Shown: one piece after another, positions 20,171 through 30,155 of the stretch
Numbering within the stretch: the first letter of the stretch is position 1
Layout of the letters: every line of letters begins with the position of its first letter
Source of the DNA: an uncultured Prevotellaceae bacterium
GTDB lineage: Bacteria; Bacteroidota; Bacteroidia; Bacteroidales; Bacteroidaceae
Reading direction: 5' to 3'
Length of the DNA stretch: 64,000 nucleotides
Assembly (NCBI GenBank): GCA_937891085.1
Contig: CALAEY010000012.1
Span: 2,403-66,402, forward strand
Program-made: the position numbers and the translations under genes
The notes under the pieces: model-generated
Told to the model about the DNA's origin: nothing
Seen by the model: the letters and a program-made list of their open reading frames with translations, nothing else
Databases searched by the model: none

Positions 20171-21055
20171 TTAATCTGTTGTACCGCCACCTGAATTATT
20201 ACCGCCATGACCATGACCATGAGAATCACTATCATGACCGTGACCATGGTCGATTGAAACAAACTGAGGTTCAATACGAGTACGGAGTACGCGATCAATA
20301 ATGTTAGCTTCAGAATCACCTGGCATGAGGTAACTCTCTGTCAGAGCATCGGTGTAAACAATGATACTTGATACATAAGCATTAGCAGCCAACTTAACTT
20401 CAAAAGTCTTCTGAACAGGAACGAATTCATCGCCCACGTAAGAAATACCCATCACAGCCTTAATGTAGTTCAAGAAAGCAGTCTTATCATCTGCACGAGT
20501 GATTGCCTGATTCCATCTTGCACCTGAATTTACGTAGAGGGTAATTTCCTTAGTAACTTCTGAATCGGAGTCATTAACAAACTCAGTAAGTCCATCTGTA
20601 ACAACTTTCTTTTCAGTGAATGAGCCTAACTGATCAACTTTCACGCCATCAACATAGCCATCAACCTTCAGGGCTGCACTTACTGTATATGAAGCCATAC
20701 CAGTCTGAATAGCGGTGATACTCAGAGTCAAAGATACTGACTGGTAACCCGTTGCAGCAATTTCCACGACGCCACTTGTAGCACTTGAACTTGTCACCTT
20801 ATAGTAACCAGTTCCATCTGTAGTAGTACTACCAATTGGAGTTGTTACAAATGCACCCTGAATGGCATTGCCAGTCAAGAAATCTGTTACATAACCTGTA
20901 ATCTCATACACTGGAGCAGGAAGCACTACCTCTCCAGGGGTACCAGGAACTACTACATTTTCGTTCGCTGAATCATAGCAGCTAGTGAATGTAAAGCCAA
21001 CTGCTAACACGGCTAATGCCAATTTGGCACTCAAACCAAAGAATCTACTTTTCAT
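20171..21055 (-). CDS. Lipoprotein with His/Gly-rich C-terminus (DUF3869-like)
   Basis: Lipobox FTSC, Ig/carboxypeptidase-regulatory-like segment, tail HGHGHDSDSHGHGHGGNNSGGG; family name from recollection. Confidence 0.7.
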   Translation of the reverse strand: MKSRFFGLSAKLALAVLAVGFTFTSCYDSANENVVVPGTPGEVVLPAPVYEITGYVTDFLTGNAIQGAFVTTPIGSTTTDGTGYYKVTSSSATSGVVEIAATGYQSVSLTLSITAIQTGMASYTVSAALKVDGYVDGVKVDQLGSFTEKKVVTDGLTEFVNDSDSEVTKEITLYVNSGARWNQAITRADDKTAFLNYIKAVMGISYVGDEFVPVQKTFEVKLAANAYVSSIIVYTDALTESYLMPGDSEANIIDRVLRTRIEPQFVSIDHGHGHDSDSHGHGHGGNNSGGGTTD

Positions 21056-21067
21056 TTCTTTTAAAAA

Positions 21068-22273
21068 TTAATAATTCAACAATTCCGATCTAATAAATAT
21101 TGGGTTAAAACTATTATCATGTGCAACATTATCCCATGGGGTTGTCTTGTAAGTCTGACCGTAACGCCGCTCATTACCAGCATTGTAACGAATGCCCATA
21201 TAATCACCAGTCTTAACTCTGGGGATATACCCTTTGCGCTTTTGATTATAGGGGGGCAGGGCTATTTGGAACAGGAATCCACCGTTCATACTATTATATG
21301 CCTCCCAATTCTTCATTGCCCAGAAACCAATTGATGCATGCCTGAAATGTCGTATCATTTGGAACTGAACACCCATATCCCCCTGCAGGTATTTCTCTAA
21401 AGCTAAGTTAAACTGTGTATTAAATTGAGGCCAATAGAAATTAGCTCCCAAACTCCACGTAAATACCTTCAAAGGACTTACCTTCCAACGCCAGTTTTCA
21501 AATCTTGATGTTCCTGTCAAACCTATTCTCCCTTCTAAAGAAAACCGTTCATCCTTCTTAGGCACGAATTTCACTCGAAAATCTGCACCCCAGCGAAAAT
21601 TTCCAAAAGTCCCCACACTTCCCGTCAAAAAGACATTGTCTTCCAACCTAACTGTTTGAGAAAGCGTGATCATACCTTGCCTAATCTGTCGATAATACCT
21701 GCCATACTCATTCTTAATAGGAAAAATCACTTGTGCCTCAAACTTCATGCCTTTCCACAATGAAACCTCTATAGCAGGACTCAAGTTGAAGAGAATTTGA
21801 TAAATCTGCGTAATTACCAAGTTCTGAAACCTCAATTCGGGATAAATCACAATATCAACCTTGTACAAAGAACTATTTTTTCTTTCAGCTTTCCGGGCTT
21901 GTTCCCATGAGTCACCCAATTCATAACTCACTTCCCAATCCCTTCGGCTCACACTACTCAACGAATCGGCTTCATTCTTTGAATAGCATACTAAAGAAAT
22001 CTGAGGAACATTGTTGTCCAAAACAACAATACGGCAAGTCTTTCCATCAGGCATACCTAAAGCCTGAACAACGTCAACCGCCTTTCCTATTCCCACGCCA
22101 TTGAGTTTGTACGCACTATTTTGAATAATGTATACGCGCTCATTTTCCACTTCACTAAATCCGACATTCTCAAATCCCATCTCAACTAAGGCATCTACCA
22201 CGCTAGTTGCATCCTGACAAATGCCCTTATTAAGGCATAAGCAGAAGAAGATACAGACCGCTAATAGCTTCAT
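21068..22273 (-). CDS. YjbH-domain outer-membrane beta-barrel protein
   Basis: Signal peptide, LVEMGFENV start, amphipathic beta-strands; family assigned from recollection of the YjbH-DUF3869-OmpA neighbourhood; start uncertain (22273 or upstream). Confidence 0.6.
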   Translation of the reverse strand: MKLLAVCIFFCLCLNKGICQDATSVVDALVEMGFENVGFSEVENERVYIIQNSAYKLNGVGIGKAVDVVQALGMPDGKTCRIVVLDNNVPQISLVCYSKNEADSLSSVSRRDWEVSYELGDSWEQARKAERKNSSLYKVDIVIYPELRFQNLVITQIYQILFNLSPAIEVSLWKGMKFEAQVIFPIKNEYGRYYRQIRQGMITLSQTVRLEDNVFLTGSVGTFGNFRWGADFRVKFVPKKDERFSLEGRIGLTGTSRFENWRWKVSPLKVFTWSLGANFYWPQFNTQFNLALEKYLQGDMGVQFQMIRHFRHASIGFWAMKNWEAYNSMNGGFLFQIALPPYNQKRKGYIPRVKTGDYMGIRYNAGNERRYGQTYKTTPWDNVAHDNSFNPIFIRSELLNY

Positions 22274-22492
22274 TATCCTCTGATTCAGAGATCCTTGCAT
22301 GTCAAAACCTTCTTTAATTTCTCTCAAATCGTCCTATTATGCGAACAAAATCTTTTGCAAAATTAGGCAGTATTCTTTTAAAAACAAAGAAAAAAAACAA
22401 ATATTTTCCAAAATAATTCAATAAAACGAAAAATCATGGCCTAATCAACAGATTAAGCCATGACTCACATTATATATATATTTAAAGGTGTA

Positions 22493-22987
22493 TTAGTTCA
22501 TGCGGTACAACAGCCAAGAGCCCTGGAAGTCCTGTCGGTTTGGATACTTTGCCTTAAATGCATCACGAGCTCTGACTGCAGCATCCCTATTAGAGAATGT
22601 TTCAGAAACCACACGATACATATTTCTATCAGCATTGTAAACAATAATGGCATTATAGCCCTCATTATCCAGAAAACTCTTCAGATTCTCGGCATTGGTC
22701 TTCACGCCGAAGCTTCCACAAACTACACTATAGTCCTGAAGGGTGCCATTACCAGCGACAATCGTCACCTTTTCCTGACGGACATCAGCAGAGGATGCTG
22801 GAGTCGCAGTCTCGGCAGCAGGAGTTACTGTGGCAGGAGCCGTTTGTTGCTGAACAGCAGTGCCTTGAGCCAATTCCTGTTGCTTAGCCTTCTCATAAGC
22901 CTTCTTGTAGGCGCTTTCACTTGATTTACATGATGTAAAGGCCAATGCCATGCAGAGGCCTAATCCTAAAAAAACAAATTTCTTCAT
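22493..22987 (-). CDS. SPOR-domain lipoprotein
   Basis: Lipobox FTSC, KSSESAYKKAYEKA, YSVVCGSF...NA...MYRV. Confidence 0.85.
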   Translation of the reverse strand: MKKFVFLGLGLCMALAFTSCKSSESAYKKAYEKAKQQELAQGTAVQQQTAPATVTPAAETATPASSADVRQEKVTIVAGNGTLQDYSVVCGSFGVKTNAENLKSFLDNEGYNAIIVYNADRNMYRVVSETFSNRDAAVRARDAFKAKYPNRQDFQGSWLLYRMN

Positions 22988-23124
22988 AATGCAAAATGTT
23001 ATATTTGGTTTACAAAAATACGAAGAATATTATAGATTCAAAAAAAAGTGACAAAAAAACATTTGTATAAATGAAAAAAGTTCTATCTTTGCTTTATCAA
23101 ATAACGAAAGAAAGGAGTTTTATC

Positions 23125-23328
23125 ATGAGAGGCTTTAATGTTTTTGCTACATTTTTGACTGGCGCTCTTGTAGGAGCAGCCTTCGGTATTCTGTTTGCAC
23201 CAGAGAAGGGCACGGATACACGTACTAAGATTGCAGAGATACTTCGCAAGAAAGGCATCAAGCTTAGCAAGGAGGATTTAGACGATCTTGCTGACGAACT
23301 GGCCAATGTTGCAGATCCTGTAGAATAA
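23125..23328 (+). CDS. YtxH-domain protein
   Basis: FLTGALVGAAFGILFAPEKGTDTR motif. Confidence 0.85.
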   Translation: MRGFNVFATFLTGALVGAAFGILFAPEKGTDTRTKIAEILRKKGIKLSKEDLDDLADELANVADPVE

Positions 23329-23350
23329 ACTAAATAGAAACAGTACCACT

Positions 23351-23776
23351 ATGCTATTCGGGGACAAAAGCACAGAATCCATTCAGCAAATAGTGTCTGA
23401 AGCCAAGACATACCTTGAGCTTCAGAAAGATTATGTTCGATTGGAACTGACTGAAAAACTGACTATCCTTCTATCAACTCTTATTTTGGTTTTGATACTG
23501 GTAGTTCTCGGCATGGTGGCGCTGTTTTATTTTTCTTCTACCTTAGCCTACGTCTTGGCTCCTAAGGTAGGTGGATTGATGGTCAGTTTCGGCCTGATAA
23601 CCTTGTTCTTAGTGTTGGTTATGCTCGTCATCTATCATCAACGTCAGCGCCTGATAATCAGTCCAATGGTAAATTTCCTTGCTAAGATCTTCTTGAAAGA
23701 CAAAGAAGACGGCCAACCTATCATCACAACCATCAATGACAATGATTCAGAAAACGGAGAAAGAAATAACGCTTGA
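23351..23776 (+). CDS. Holin-like (phage holin family) membrane protein
   Basis: YLELQKDYVRLELTEK followed by two TM helices; follows the YtxH gene. Confidence 0.65.
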   Translation: MLFGDKSTESIQQIVSEAKTYLELQKDYVRLELTEKLTILLSTLILVLILVVLGMVALFYFSSTLAYVLAPKVGGLMVSFGLITLFLVLVMLVIYHQRQRLIISPMVNFLAKIFLKDKEDGQPIITTINDNDSENGERNNA

Positions 23777-23990
23777 GGACATTGCTAGGAAGAAAGCAGA
23801 AGTACTGAAGAAGATTCGTGCCCATCAGGATACGATCACTTCTTCTATACGTCAGTTTTTCTCGCCTCTGCAGCCTATTGCCAATAGGCCAAATGGCATC
23901 ATGAAGGCTGTCAATACAGGCATGGTCATGTTTGATGGATTACTCATTGGCCTTAAGATTCTTAAGGCTATCCGCAAAGTGTTCAAATAG
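23736..23990 (+). CDS. Hypothetical protein
   Basis: Third ORF of the YtxH cluster; TLEDIARKK...FDGLLIGLK; start uncertain. Confidence 0.65.
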   Translation: MTMIQKTEKEITLEDIARKKAEVLKKIRAHQDTITSSIRQFFSPLQPIANRPNGIMKAVNTGMVMFDGLLIGLKILKAIRKVFK

Positions 23991-24195
23991 CTCATTCTAG
24001 ATTTTTAAACAGCATTCTCTTGTTTTTAGGTCCGATTTCCCTTTCGGATTATGTTTCTTATGCACCTCTTGTAGCCTCCACCTTGGACCTACCTTGTAAA
24101 AAAAATGAGCCTTAAATCGTCAATTCTTCCCAAAACTTTTGGGAGAATAAAAGAAAATCACTTAATTTGCAAGTAATATAGCTAATTATCATGTC

Positions 24196-25293
24196 ATGAC
24201 AAGCTCTACACCGACAGAAACGGGTCTGTCTGCCTTGAATCGTAAAGCATTCCAGGCAGACGTTAATGGAAAACGCACAGACCTATTCATTCTCAAGAAT
24301 CCCTTGGGAATGGAAGTTGCTGTTACCAATTACGGTTGTGCTATTATTTCCATCATGGTTCCTGACAAGCATGACCATTACGCTAACGTCGTATTGAGTC
24401 ATGATTCCATTGATGACACCATGCACAGTCCAGAACCTTTCCTCAGTACTACCATCGGTAGATACGGCAACCGCATTGCCAAAGGCAAGTTTACCCTATT
24501 TAGAAAAGAATATAACCTGACCATCAACAATGGTCCTAACTCCCTGCACGGAGGTCCTACGGGGTTCCATGCACGAGTGTGGGATGCTGAACAGATTGAT
24601 GGTCAGACTATCGTATTCAAATACCGTTCCATAGATGGTGAAGAGGGTTTCCCTGGCAACCTGAATATAGAGATGAGCTATCATCTGGCTGATGACTGCA
24701 ACGCCTTGGAGATTGAGTACAAAGCGGTGACTGATCAGCCTACCATCGTCAACCTCACCAGTCATGGGTTCTTCAACTTGGCAGGTATTGCCAATCCTAG
24801 TCCTACTATATTAAATAATGTGGTAACCATCAATGCGGATTATTATATCCCTATTGACGAAGTGTCCATTCCTACAGGCGAGATACTTAAGGTTGAAGGC
24901 ACTCCTATGGATTTCCGCACCCCACATACAGTGGGCGAACGCATTGATGCCGATTTCCAGCAATTGAAGAACGGAACAGGCTATGATCATTGCTATGTAT
25001 TAAATAAGGTGGAGGCTGGCGAACTCAGCTTAGCAGCTATCTGCACAGAACCCCAGAGCGGACGAAGCATGGAGGTTTACACCACTGAGAATGGTGTTCA
25101 GCTCTATACTGGCAATTGGCTTGGAGGATTCAGTGGGACACACGGAGCCGCCTTCCCAGCCCGTAGTGCTATCTGCTTCGAAGCCCAATGCTTCCCAGAC
25201 ACGCCTAACAAAGCCCATTTCCCATCAGCAGTACTGATGCCTGATGACGAATATAGGCAGAAGACCATTTACAAGTTTGGAGTGATTAAATAA
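24196..25293 (+). CDS. galM: Aldose 1-epimerase (galactose mutarotase)
   Basis: GRYGNRI, LHGG, NLTSHGFFNL, GYDHCYVL, CFEAQCFPD. Confidence 0.93.
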   Translation: MTSSTPTETGLSALNRKAFQADVNGKRTDLFILKNPLGMEVAVTNYGCAIISIMVPDKHDHYANVVLSHDSIDDTMHSPEPFLSTTIGRYGNRIAKGKFTLFRKEYNLTINNGPNSLHGGPTGFHARVWDAEQIDGQTIVFKYRSIDGEEGFPGNLNIEMSYHLADDCNALEIEYKAVTDQPTIVNLTSHGFFNLAGIANPSPTILNNVVTINADYYIPIDEVSIPTGEILKVEGTPMDFRTPHTVGERIDADFQQLKNGTGYDHCYVLNKVEAGELSLAAICTEPQSGRSMEVYTTENGVQLYTGNWLGGFSGTHGAAFPARSAICFEAQCFPDTPNKAHFPSAVLMPDDEYRQKTIYKFGVIK

Positions 25294-25335
25294 GGAGAAT
25301 AATTAACTTTAATATAAACTTTAATAATTAAAACT

Positions 25336-26661
25336 ATGTCACAAGAACAACAGAAAAGTGGAAATTTGGTAGCCATTATTACCATGTTTTTCCTGTTTGC
25401 AATGATCTCATTCGTGACCAACATGGCAGCCCCAGTTGGAAACATTTGGACAATGGATGATGCAGTGGGTGCAAACCCCATGTTAGGTTTCATGGGTAAC
25501 TTCATGAACTTCCTGGCCTACCTCTTCATGGGTATTCCAGCAGGTAACATGCTGACCAAGGTGGGTTACAAGAAGACAGCCCTGATTGCCATCGCCGTAG
25601 GTATCGTAGGTCTGCTCATTCAGTATGCCTCTGGTTTGAGCACTGGTGTCACAGGCTTCTCTATCTACCTGCTTGGCGCATTCGTTTGCGGTTTCTGCGT
25701 ATGTATGCTCAACACCGTGGTAAACCCCATGCTGAACCTCATCGGCGGTGGTGGTGCCAAGGGTAACCAGTTGCTTCAGTTGGGTGGCGCCTGTAACTCT
25801 CTGGCCGGAACCATCGCTCCCATCATGGTAGGTGCCATCCTGGGCTCTATCACCAAGAGCACTACCCTGGCCGAGGTAAACCCCATGCTGTTTGGTGCTA
25901 TCGCCATCTTCGTGGTTGCTTTCATTGTAATCTACCTGGTAAATATTCCTGAGCCCCGCCAGCAGAAAGTTGCTGACGTAAAGGAGAACGACAAGTATAG
26001 CCCCTGGAGCTTCCGTCACTTCGTGCTTGGCACAGTGGCCATCTTCTGCTATGTAGGTATGGAAGTGGGTATCCCAAATACTTTCGGCAACTTCCTCAAC
26101 ATTCAGGAGCATTTTGCCGTGTTTGATGCCAGCAATGCAATCAACGCTTCTGCCATCATCGGCGGTATGACCGGTCTTTACTGGCTGCTCATGCTCGTTG
26201 GCCGTCTGACATCAGGTTTCATCAGTGGCAAGATTTCAAGCCGCACCCAGCTACTCACCGTTTCTTGCGTCGGCATCGTGCTGGTACTCATCTCTATGTT
26301 CGTTCCTGAAACTGCAGGTGCTTCTATGGTAGGCTTCAGCGGTGGTTCCTTTGCGGTAAACAATGTGCCTCTTTTCACTATCTTCCTGGTTCTCATGGGT
26401 CTGTGCACCTCTATCATGTGGGGCTGCATCTTCAACCTGGCTACCGAAGGCCTGGGCAAATACACTGAAAAGGCTTCAGGTATCTTCATGATGATGGTAG
26501 TGGGCGGTGGTATCCTGCCTCTGATTCAGAACTCTATCGTGGGTGAGACCATCGGCTCGCTGCGCATGAGCTACTGGATTGTTGTTGCTGTGTTGGCATA
26601 CATGATTTTCTATGCCCTCATCGGTAGCAAGAATGTAAACAAGGACATTAAGGTTGACTAA
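25336..26661 (+). CDS. MFS sugar transporter (FucP/GluP family)
   Basis: Multi-TM, KVGYKKT, NTVVNP, SIMWGCIF, GGGILP; lies between galM and galK. Confidence 0.85.
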   Translation: MSQEQQKSGNLVAIITMFFLFAMISFVTNMAAPVGNIWTMDDAVGANPMLGFMGNFMNFLAYLFMGIPAGNMLTKVGYKKTALIAIAVGIVGLLIQYASGLSTGVTGFSIYLLGAFVCGFCVCMLNTVVNPMLNLIGGGGAKGNQLLQLGGACNSLAGTIAPIMVGAILGSITKSTTLAEVNPMLFGAIAIFVVAFIVIYLVNIPEPRQQKVADVKENDKYSPWSFRHFVLGTVAIFCYVGMEVGIPNTFGNFLNIQEHFAVFDASNAINASAIIGGMTGLYWLLMLVGRLTSGFISGKISSRTQLLTVSCVGIVLVLISMFVPETAGASMVGFSGGSFAVNNVPLFTIFLVLMGLCTSIMWGCIFNLATEGLGKYTEKASGIFMMMVVGGGILPLIQNSIVGETIGSLRMSYWIVVAVLAYMIFYALIGSKNVNKDIKVD

Positions 26662-26668
26662 TACTTTT

Positions 26669-26741
26669 GGACATTGAACATAGGACATCGGGCCTGCCGA
26701 TGAGCAGAAGTCTGATGTTCTATGTCCGATGCTCTATCTTC
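26669..26741. repeat. Inverted heptamer arrays (GRACATH units) forming an imperfect hairpin
   Basis: ggacatt gaacata ggacatc ... gatgttc tatgtcc gatgctc tatcttc. Confidence 0.7.
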
Positions 26742-26766
26742 AATAATTTCTAAAATTCAAAGCATT

Positions 26767-27921
26767 ATGGATATAGAATACGTAAGAAGTCGCTTCATCA
26801 AGCATTTTGACGGAAGCACAGGTGCTATCTACACATCTCCAGGTCGTATCAACCTGATAGGTGAACACACAGACTATAATGGTGGATTTGTATTTCCAGG
26901 AGCAGTAGACAAGGGCATCATGGCTGAGCTTAAGCCCAACGGTACAAACAAGGTGAGAGCATACTCCATCAACATGAAGGACATGGTAGAGTTTGGTCTC
27001 AACGAAGAAGATGCCCCACGCACCAGCTGGGCACGCTACATCTTCGGTGTTTGTAGAGAAATGATCAAACGGGGCGTAGAGGTGAAAGGCTTCAACACAG
27101 CTTTCGCTGGTGACGTTCCATTGGGCGCCGGCATGTCATCATCTGCCGCTTTGGAAAGTACCTATGCCTATGCTTTGAACGACCTCTTCGGAGAAGGAAA
27201 GATTGACAAATTTGAACTGGCTAAAGTCGGACAGGCCACTGAGCACAACTATTGCGGTGTGAAGTGTGGCATCATGGATCAGTTTGCCTCAGTATTCGGC
27301 AAGAAAGGCCATCTCATCCGCTTGGATTGCCGCTCTTTGGAGTATCAATACTTCCATTTCGAGCCTAAGGGCTACCGCTTGGTGCTGGTAGATTCTGTAG
27401 TGAAGCATGAGTTGGCTTCCAGTGCTTACAACAAGCGCCGTCAGAGCTGCGAGAACGTAGTGGCTGCACTGCGCGAACTGCATCCAGAGGTTGAATTCCT
27501 GCGCGATGCCAACATGGACATGCTGGCTGAGGTGAAGGGAAAGGTTAGCGACGAAGACTACATGCGTGCTGAGTATGTCATCGAGGAGATCCAGCGCGTA
27601 CTTGATGTTTGCGATGCCTTGGAGAAGGGCGACTATGAAACTGTTGGCCAGAAGATGTATGAGACTCATCAGGGCATGAGCAAGCTTTATGAAGTAAGCT
27701 GCGAAGAGCTCGACTTTCTGAATGATGTGGCCTTCGATTGCGGTGTGACTGGTTCACGCGTGATGGGTGGCGGCTTTGGTGGTTGCACCATCAACCTGGT
27801 AAAGGAAGAGCTCTATAGCACCTTCGTTGAGCAGGTTCGCAAGCAGTATTATGAGAAATACAAGAAGATTGCCAAAATATACGACGTAGTCATCGACGAT
27901 GGTGCTCGCAGATTAGCTTAA
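26767..27921 (+). CDS. galK: Galactokinase
   Basis: PGRINLIGEHTDY, GAGMSSSAA, GIMDQF, GSRVMGGGFGGC. Confidence 0.96.
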   Translation: MDIEYVRSRFIKHFDGSTGAIYTSPGRINLIGEHTDYNGGFVFPGAVDKGIMAELKPNGTNKVRAYSINMKDMVEFGLNEEDAPRTSWARYIFGVCREMIKRGVEVKGFNTAFAGDVPLGAGMSSSAALESTYAYALNDLFGEGKIDKFELAKVGQATEHNYCGVKCGIMDQFASVFGKKGHLIRLDCRSLEYQYFHFEPKGYRLVLVDSVVKHELASSAYNKRRQSCENVVAALRELHPEVEFLRDANMDMLAEVKGKVSDEDYMRAEYVIEEIQRVLDVCDALEKGDYETVGQKMYETHQGMSKLYEVSCEELDFLNDVAFDCGVTGSRVMGGGFGGCTINLVKEELYSTFVEQVRKQYYEKYKKIAKIYDVVIDDGARRLA

Positions 27922-27940
27922 TGATTGTAGAGGAAAACAC

Positions 27941-27970
27941 GAAGGGCGATGCCACATGGCACCGCCCTTC
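27941..27970. terminator. Hairpin terminator between convergent genes
   Basis: gaagggcgatgcca/tggcaccgcccttc stem. Confidence 0.6.
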
Positions 27971-27992
27971 TTCATATTATAAACCTCCTACC

Positions 27993-28865
27993 CTATTTCA
28001 GGCTGAAAGAAGAAGAACCGATCAAATTACCTTCTGCGAAGATATCCAGTCGATAGTTTCCTGCATAGAGGAACTCTTGCACATCCCAATATACGCTTAC
28101 TGGCTGCTCCTCACCCGTATACTCTATATACTTCTTAATGGAATAGGTGAGCTGACGATTCTCGTAGCTGAAAGTATCTGAAGCATCACGCGTCAGCACA
28201 TCATTATCGGGCTTCAAGATACGCACATAGAGCGTACGGTCACCCGTCTTCGCTGTGATGTTCTTAGCGATATTAAAGCTGATTTGCAGTTTCTCAGTAT
28301 CCTTAGTACGCTTAGCCTCCCTGCCACGCTTGTTCAGTGGAGTGACGCGAATCCCCGTGGCATCCAGCTGAGAAGCCAGCGTCACCTGCTCCGTGAGGTT
28401 CTTGCGCTCTTCTGTCAAGTTGCTTATCTGGCGTGAAGCATCGTTATACTTCTGCGTCACCTCTTCTATTACCACTTTCTGCTGGGCATTGATCTGATTC
28501 AGAGAGTCTATCTGATTGATGTAGCTTACCATCACAGTGCGCAAAGTAGCCAGTTCGTTTTTCAGACGACGGATCTCCGTGGCATTGGTGCTCTTCACCG
28601 TGCGAAGTTCCTCCAGTAAGCGCTGAGTCTTGAGCTGTTCCTGCTCCAAGAGTTGAGCCAGCGAATCATTAGACACCGTGAGTTTCAGCTCATCATACTG
28701 ACGAGAGAAGGTGGTGTACTCACTCTCCAGATCCTCCTTTTCCAGACGAAATTCCTCACGAAGCTCCGTATTTGCCTGCTTCTCATTCATCAGCAGATAG
28801 GCCAACACACCCATGGCAGCCAGCAGCAACACGGCTATAATGGTAAAAATGATGTTCTTTTTCAT
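27993..28865 (-). CDS. Membrane-anchored coiled-coil hypothetical protein
   Basis: N-terminal TM, long heptad coiled coil, C-terminal beta-rich domain. Confidence 0.8.
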   Translation of the reverse strand: MKKNIIFTIIAVLLLAAMGVLAYLLMNEKQANTELREEFRLEKEDLESEYTTFSRQYDELKLTVSNDSLAQLLEQEQLKTQRLLEELRTVKSTNATEIRRLKNELATLRTVMVSYINQIDSLNQINAQQKVVIEEVTQKYNDASRQISNLTEERKNLTEQVTLASQLDATGIRVTPLNKRGREAKRTKDTEKLQISFNIAKNITAKTGDRTLYVRILKPDNDVLTRDASDTFSYENRQLTYSIKKYIEYTGEEQPVSVYWDVQEFLYAGNYRLDIFAEGNLIGSSSFSLK

Positions 28866-28977
28866 ACATTATGAGTTATTTGACGCCGCAAAGTTAAGCA
28901 ATAAACTGCATATCACCAAAAAAGCCGTGTCGCAATATGTTAAAAGCGACACGGCCCTATACTAAAAACCTTTAAAA

Positions 28978-29964
28978 TCAGAGGTTTGGATTCTCCTTAT
29001 TCCACTCAGAGATAGGAGGAATGATGTTCAGAGTTACCAACTCATCGCGCATCTTCTGCAGGTGCTCGTAAGATGCTTGCAGAGCAGCCATTTCCTCTTC
29101 GGTACCCTCTGGCTTGGTGAAGTGAACGCCGTCCTTGTCGATTGTGGTTGGCATAGCCATCATCACATTCTCGAAGCCGAATGCCTTTACGAAGCAACCA
29201 GCAGGCCAAGTGAAAGGTTCGCCGCCCATAGCACCCTCGATCATCTTAACAGCCTGATATGCAGGACTCTGGAATGAAGAACGACCACGCAGCTTGATGA
29301 TGTTGCTACCACCCTGGATAGTCATGTGCTTGATCTCAGCCCAACGCTCTGCTGACAGAGGCAGCTCGCAGAGAGGCTTGCCATCGATGAGTGCCTTGCT
29401 GGCAAATACTGCCATCTGCTCGCCATGACCACCATAAGTATAAGCCTTGGTCACCTTGTCCTGACGAACGCCGAACTCCTGTGCCAACTGCTGCTGCAGA
29501 CGGGTGCTATCCAATGCTGCCAGAGAAGTCAGCTGATTTGGCTTCAGACCTGAGTGAATCAGTGCAGTCAGAGCAGTTACATCAGCAGGGTTGAAGATCA
29601 CCACCACATGCTTCACGTCTGGGCAGTATTTCTTGATATTCTCACCGAAGTCAGCTGCAATCTGGCAGTTGCCCTTCAGTAAGTCTTCACGAGTCATACC
29701 CTCCTTACGAGGAGCACCGCCTGAAGAAATGATGTACTTAGCACCAGTGAAAGCCTCAGCAGCATCTACAGTATAAGAGATGTTAGCTTCTGGGAATGCG
29801 CAGTGGCACATTTCATCATAAACGCCATGAACACCTGGCTCATAGATATCATACAAACAGATGTTAGGAGTCAGCCCCAGCATCAGAACGCTCTGCACCA
29901 TGTTAGAGCCGATCATACCACCAGCACCAACAATGACCAATTTCTCGTCAGTTAAGAATTTCAT
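28978..29964 (-). CDS. mdh: Malate dehydrogenase (LDH/MDH family)
   Basis: GAGGMIG, GAPRKEGMTREDLL, NPAD, LDSTR, GGHG motifs. Confidence 0.88.
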   Translation of the reverse strand: MKFLTDEKLVIVGAGGMIGSNMVQSVLMLGLTPNICLYDIYEPGVHGVYDEMCHCAFPEANISYTVDAAEAFTGAKYIISSGGAPRKEGMTREDLLKGNCQIAADFGENIKKYCPDVKHVVVIFNPADVTALTALIHSGLKPNQLTSLAALDSTRLQQQLAQEFGVRQDKVTKAYTYGGHGEQMAVFASKALIDGKPLCELPLSAERWAEIKHMTIQGGSNIIKLRGRSSFQSPAYQAVKMIEGAMGGEPFTWPAGCFVKAFGFENVMMAMPTTIDKDGVHFTKPEGTEEEMAALQASYEHLQKMRDELVTLNIIPPISEWNKENPNL

Positions 29965-30155
29965 AATTTTTATTTTTAAGTTTAACTTGTATTTTCTTCA
30001 CAACTGCAAAAATAAGAAAGTTTCGTGATAAGCCCAACCTTAATGGCGTTTATTTTTCATAAAAAAGTGATATTTATGCAGTATGCTAAGTGCAGGTTGC
30101 AAAAAGGCAATCTTGCATTGCAACCAACGGAACCTAAACGATAAGTAAAGATGAT

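Noticed and set aside
15795..23990. Visibly AT-richer block as a genomic island
   Set aside because: Contains core genes (def, ruvX) contiguous with thrS; no mobility genes or boundary repeats seen.
23125..23990. Holin-like gene as a prophage remnant
   Set aside because: Sits in a YtxH membrane-protein cluster; no endolysin or other phage genes nearby.
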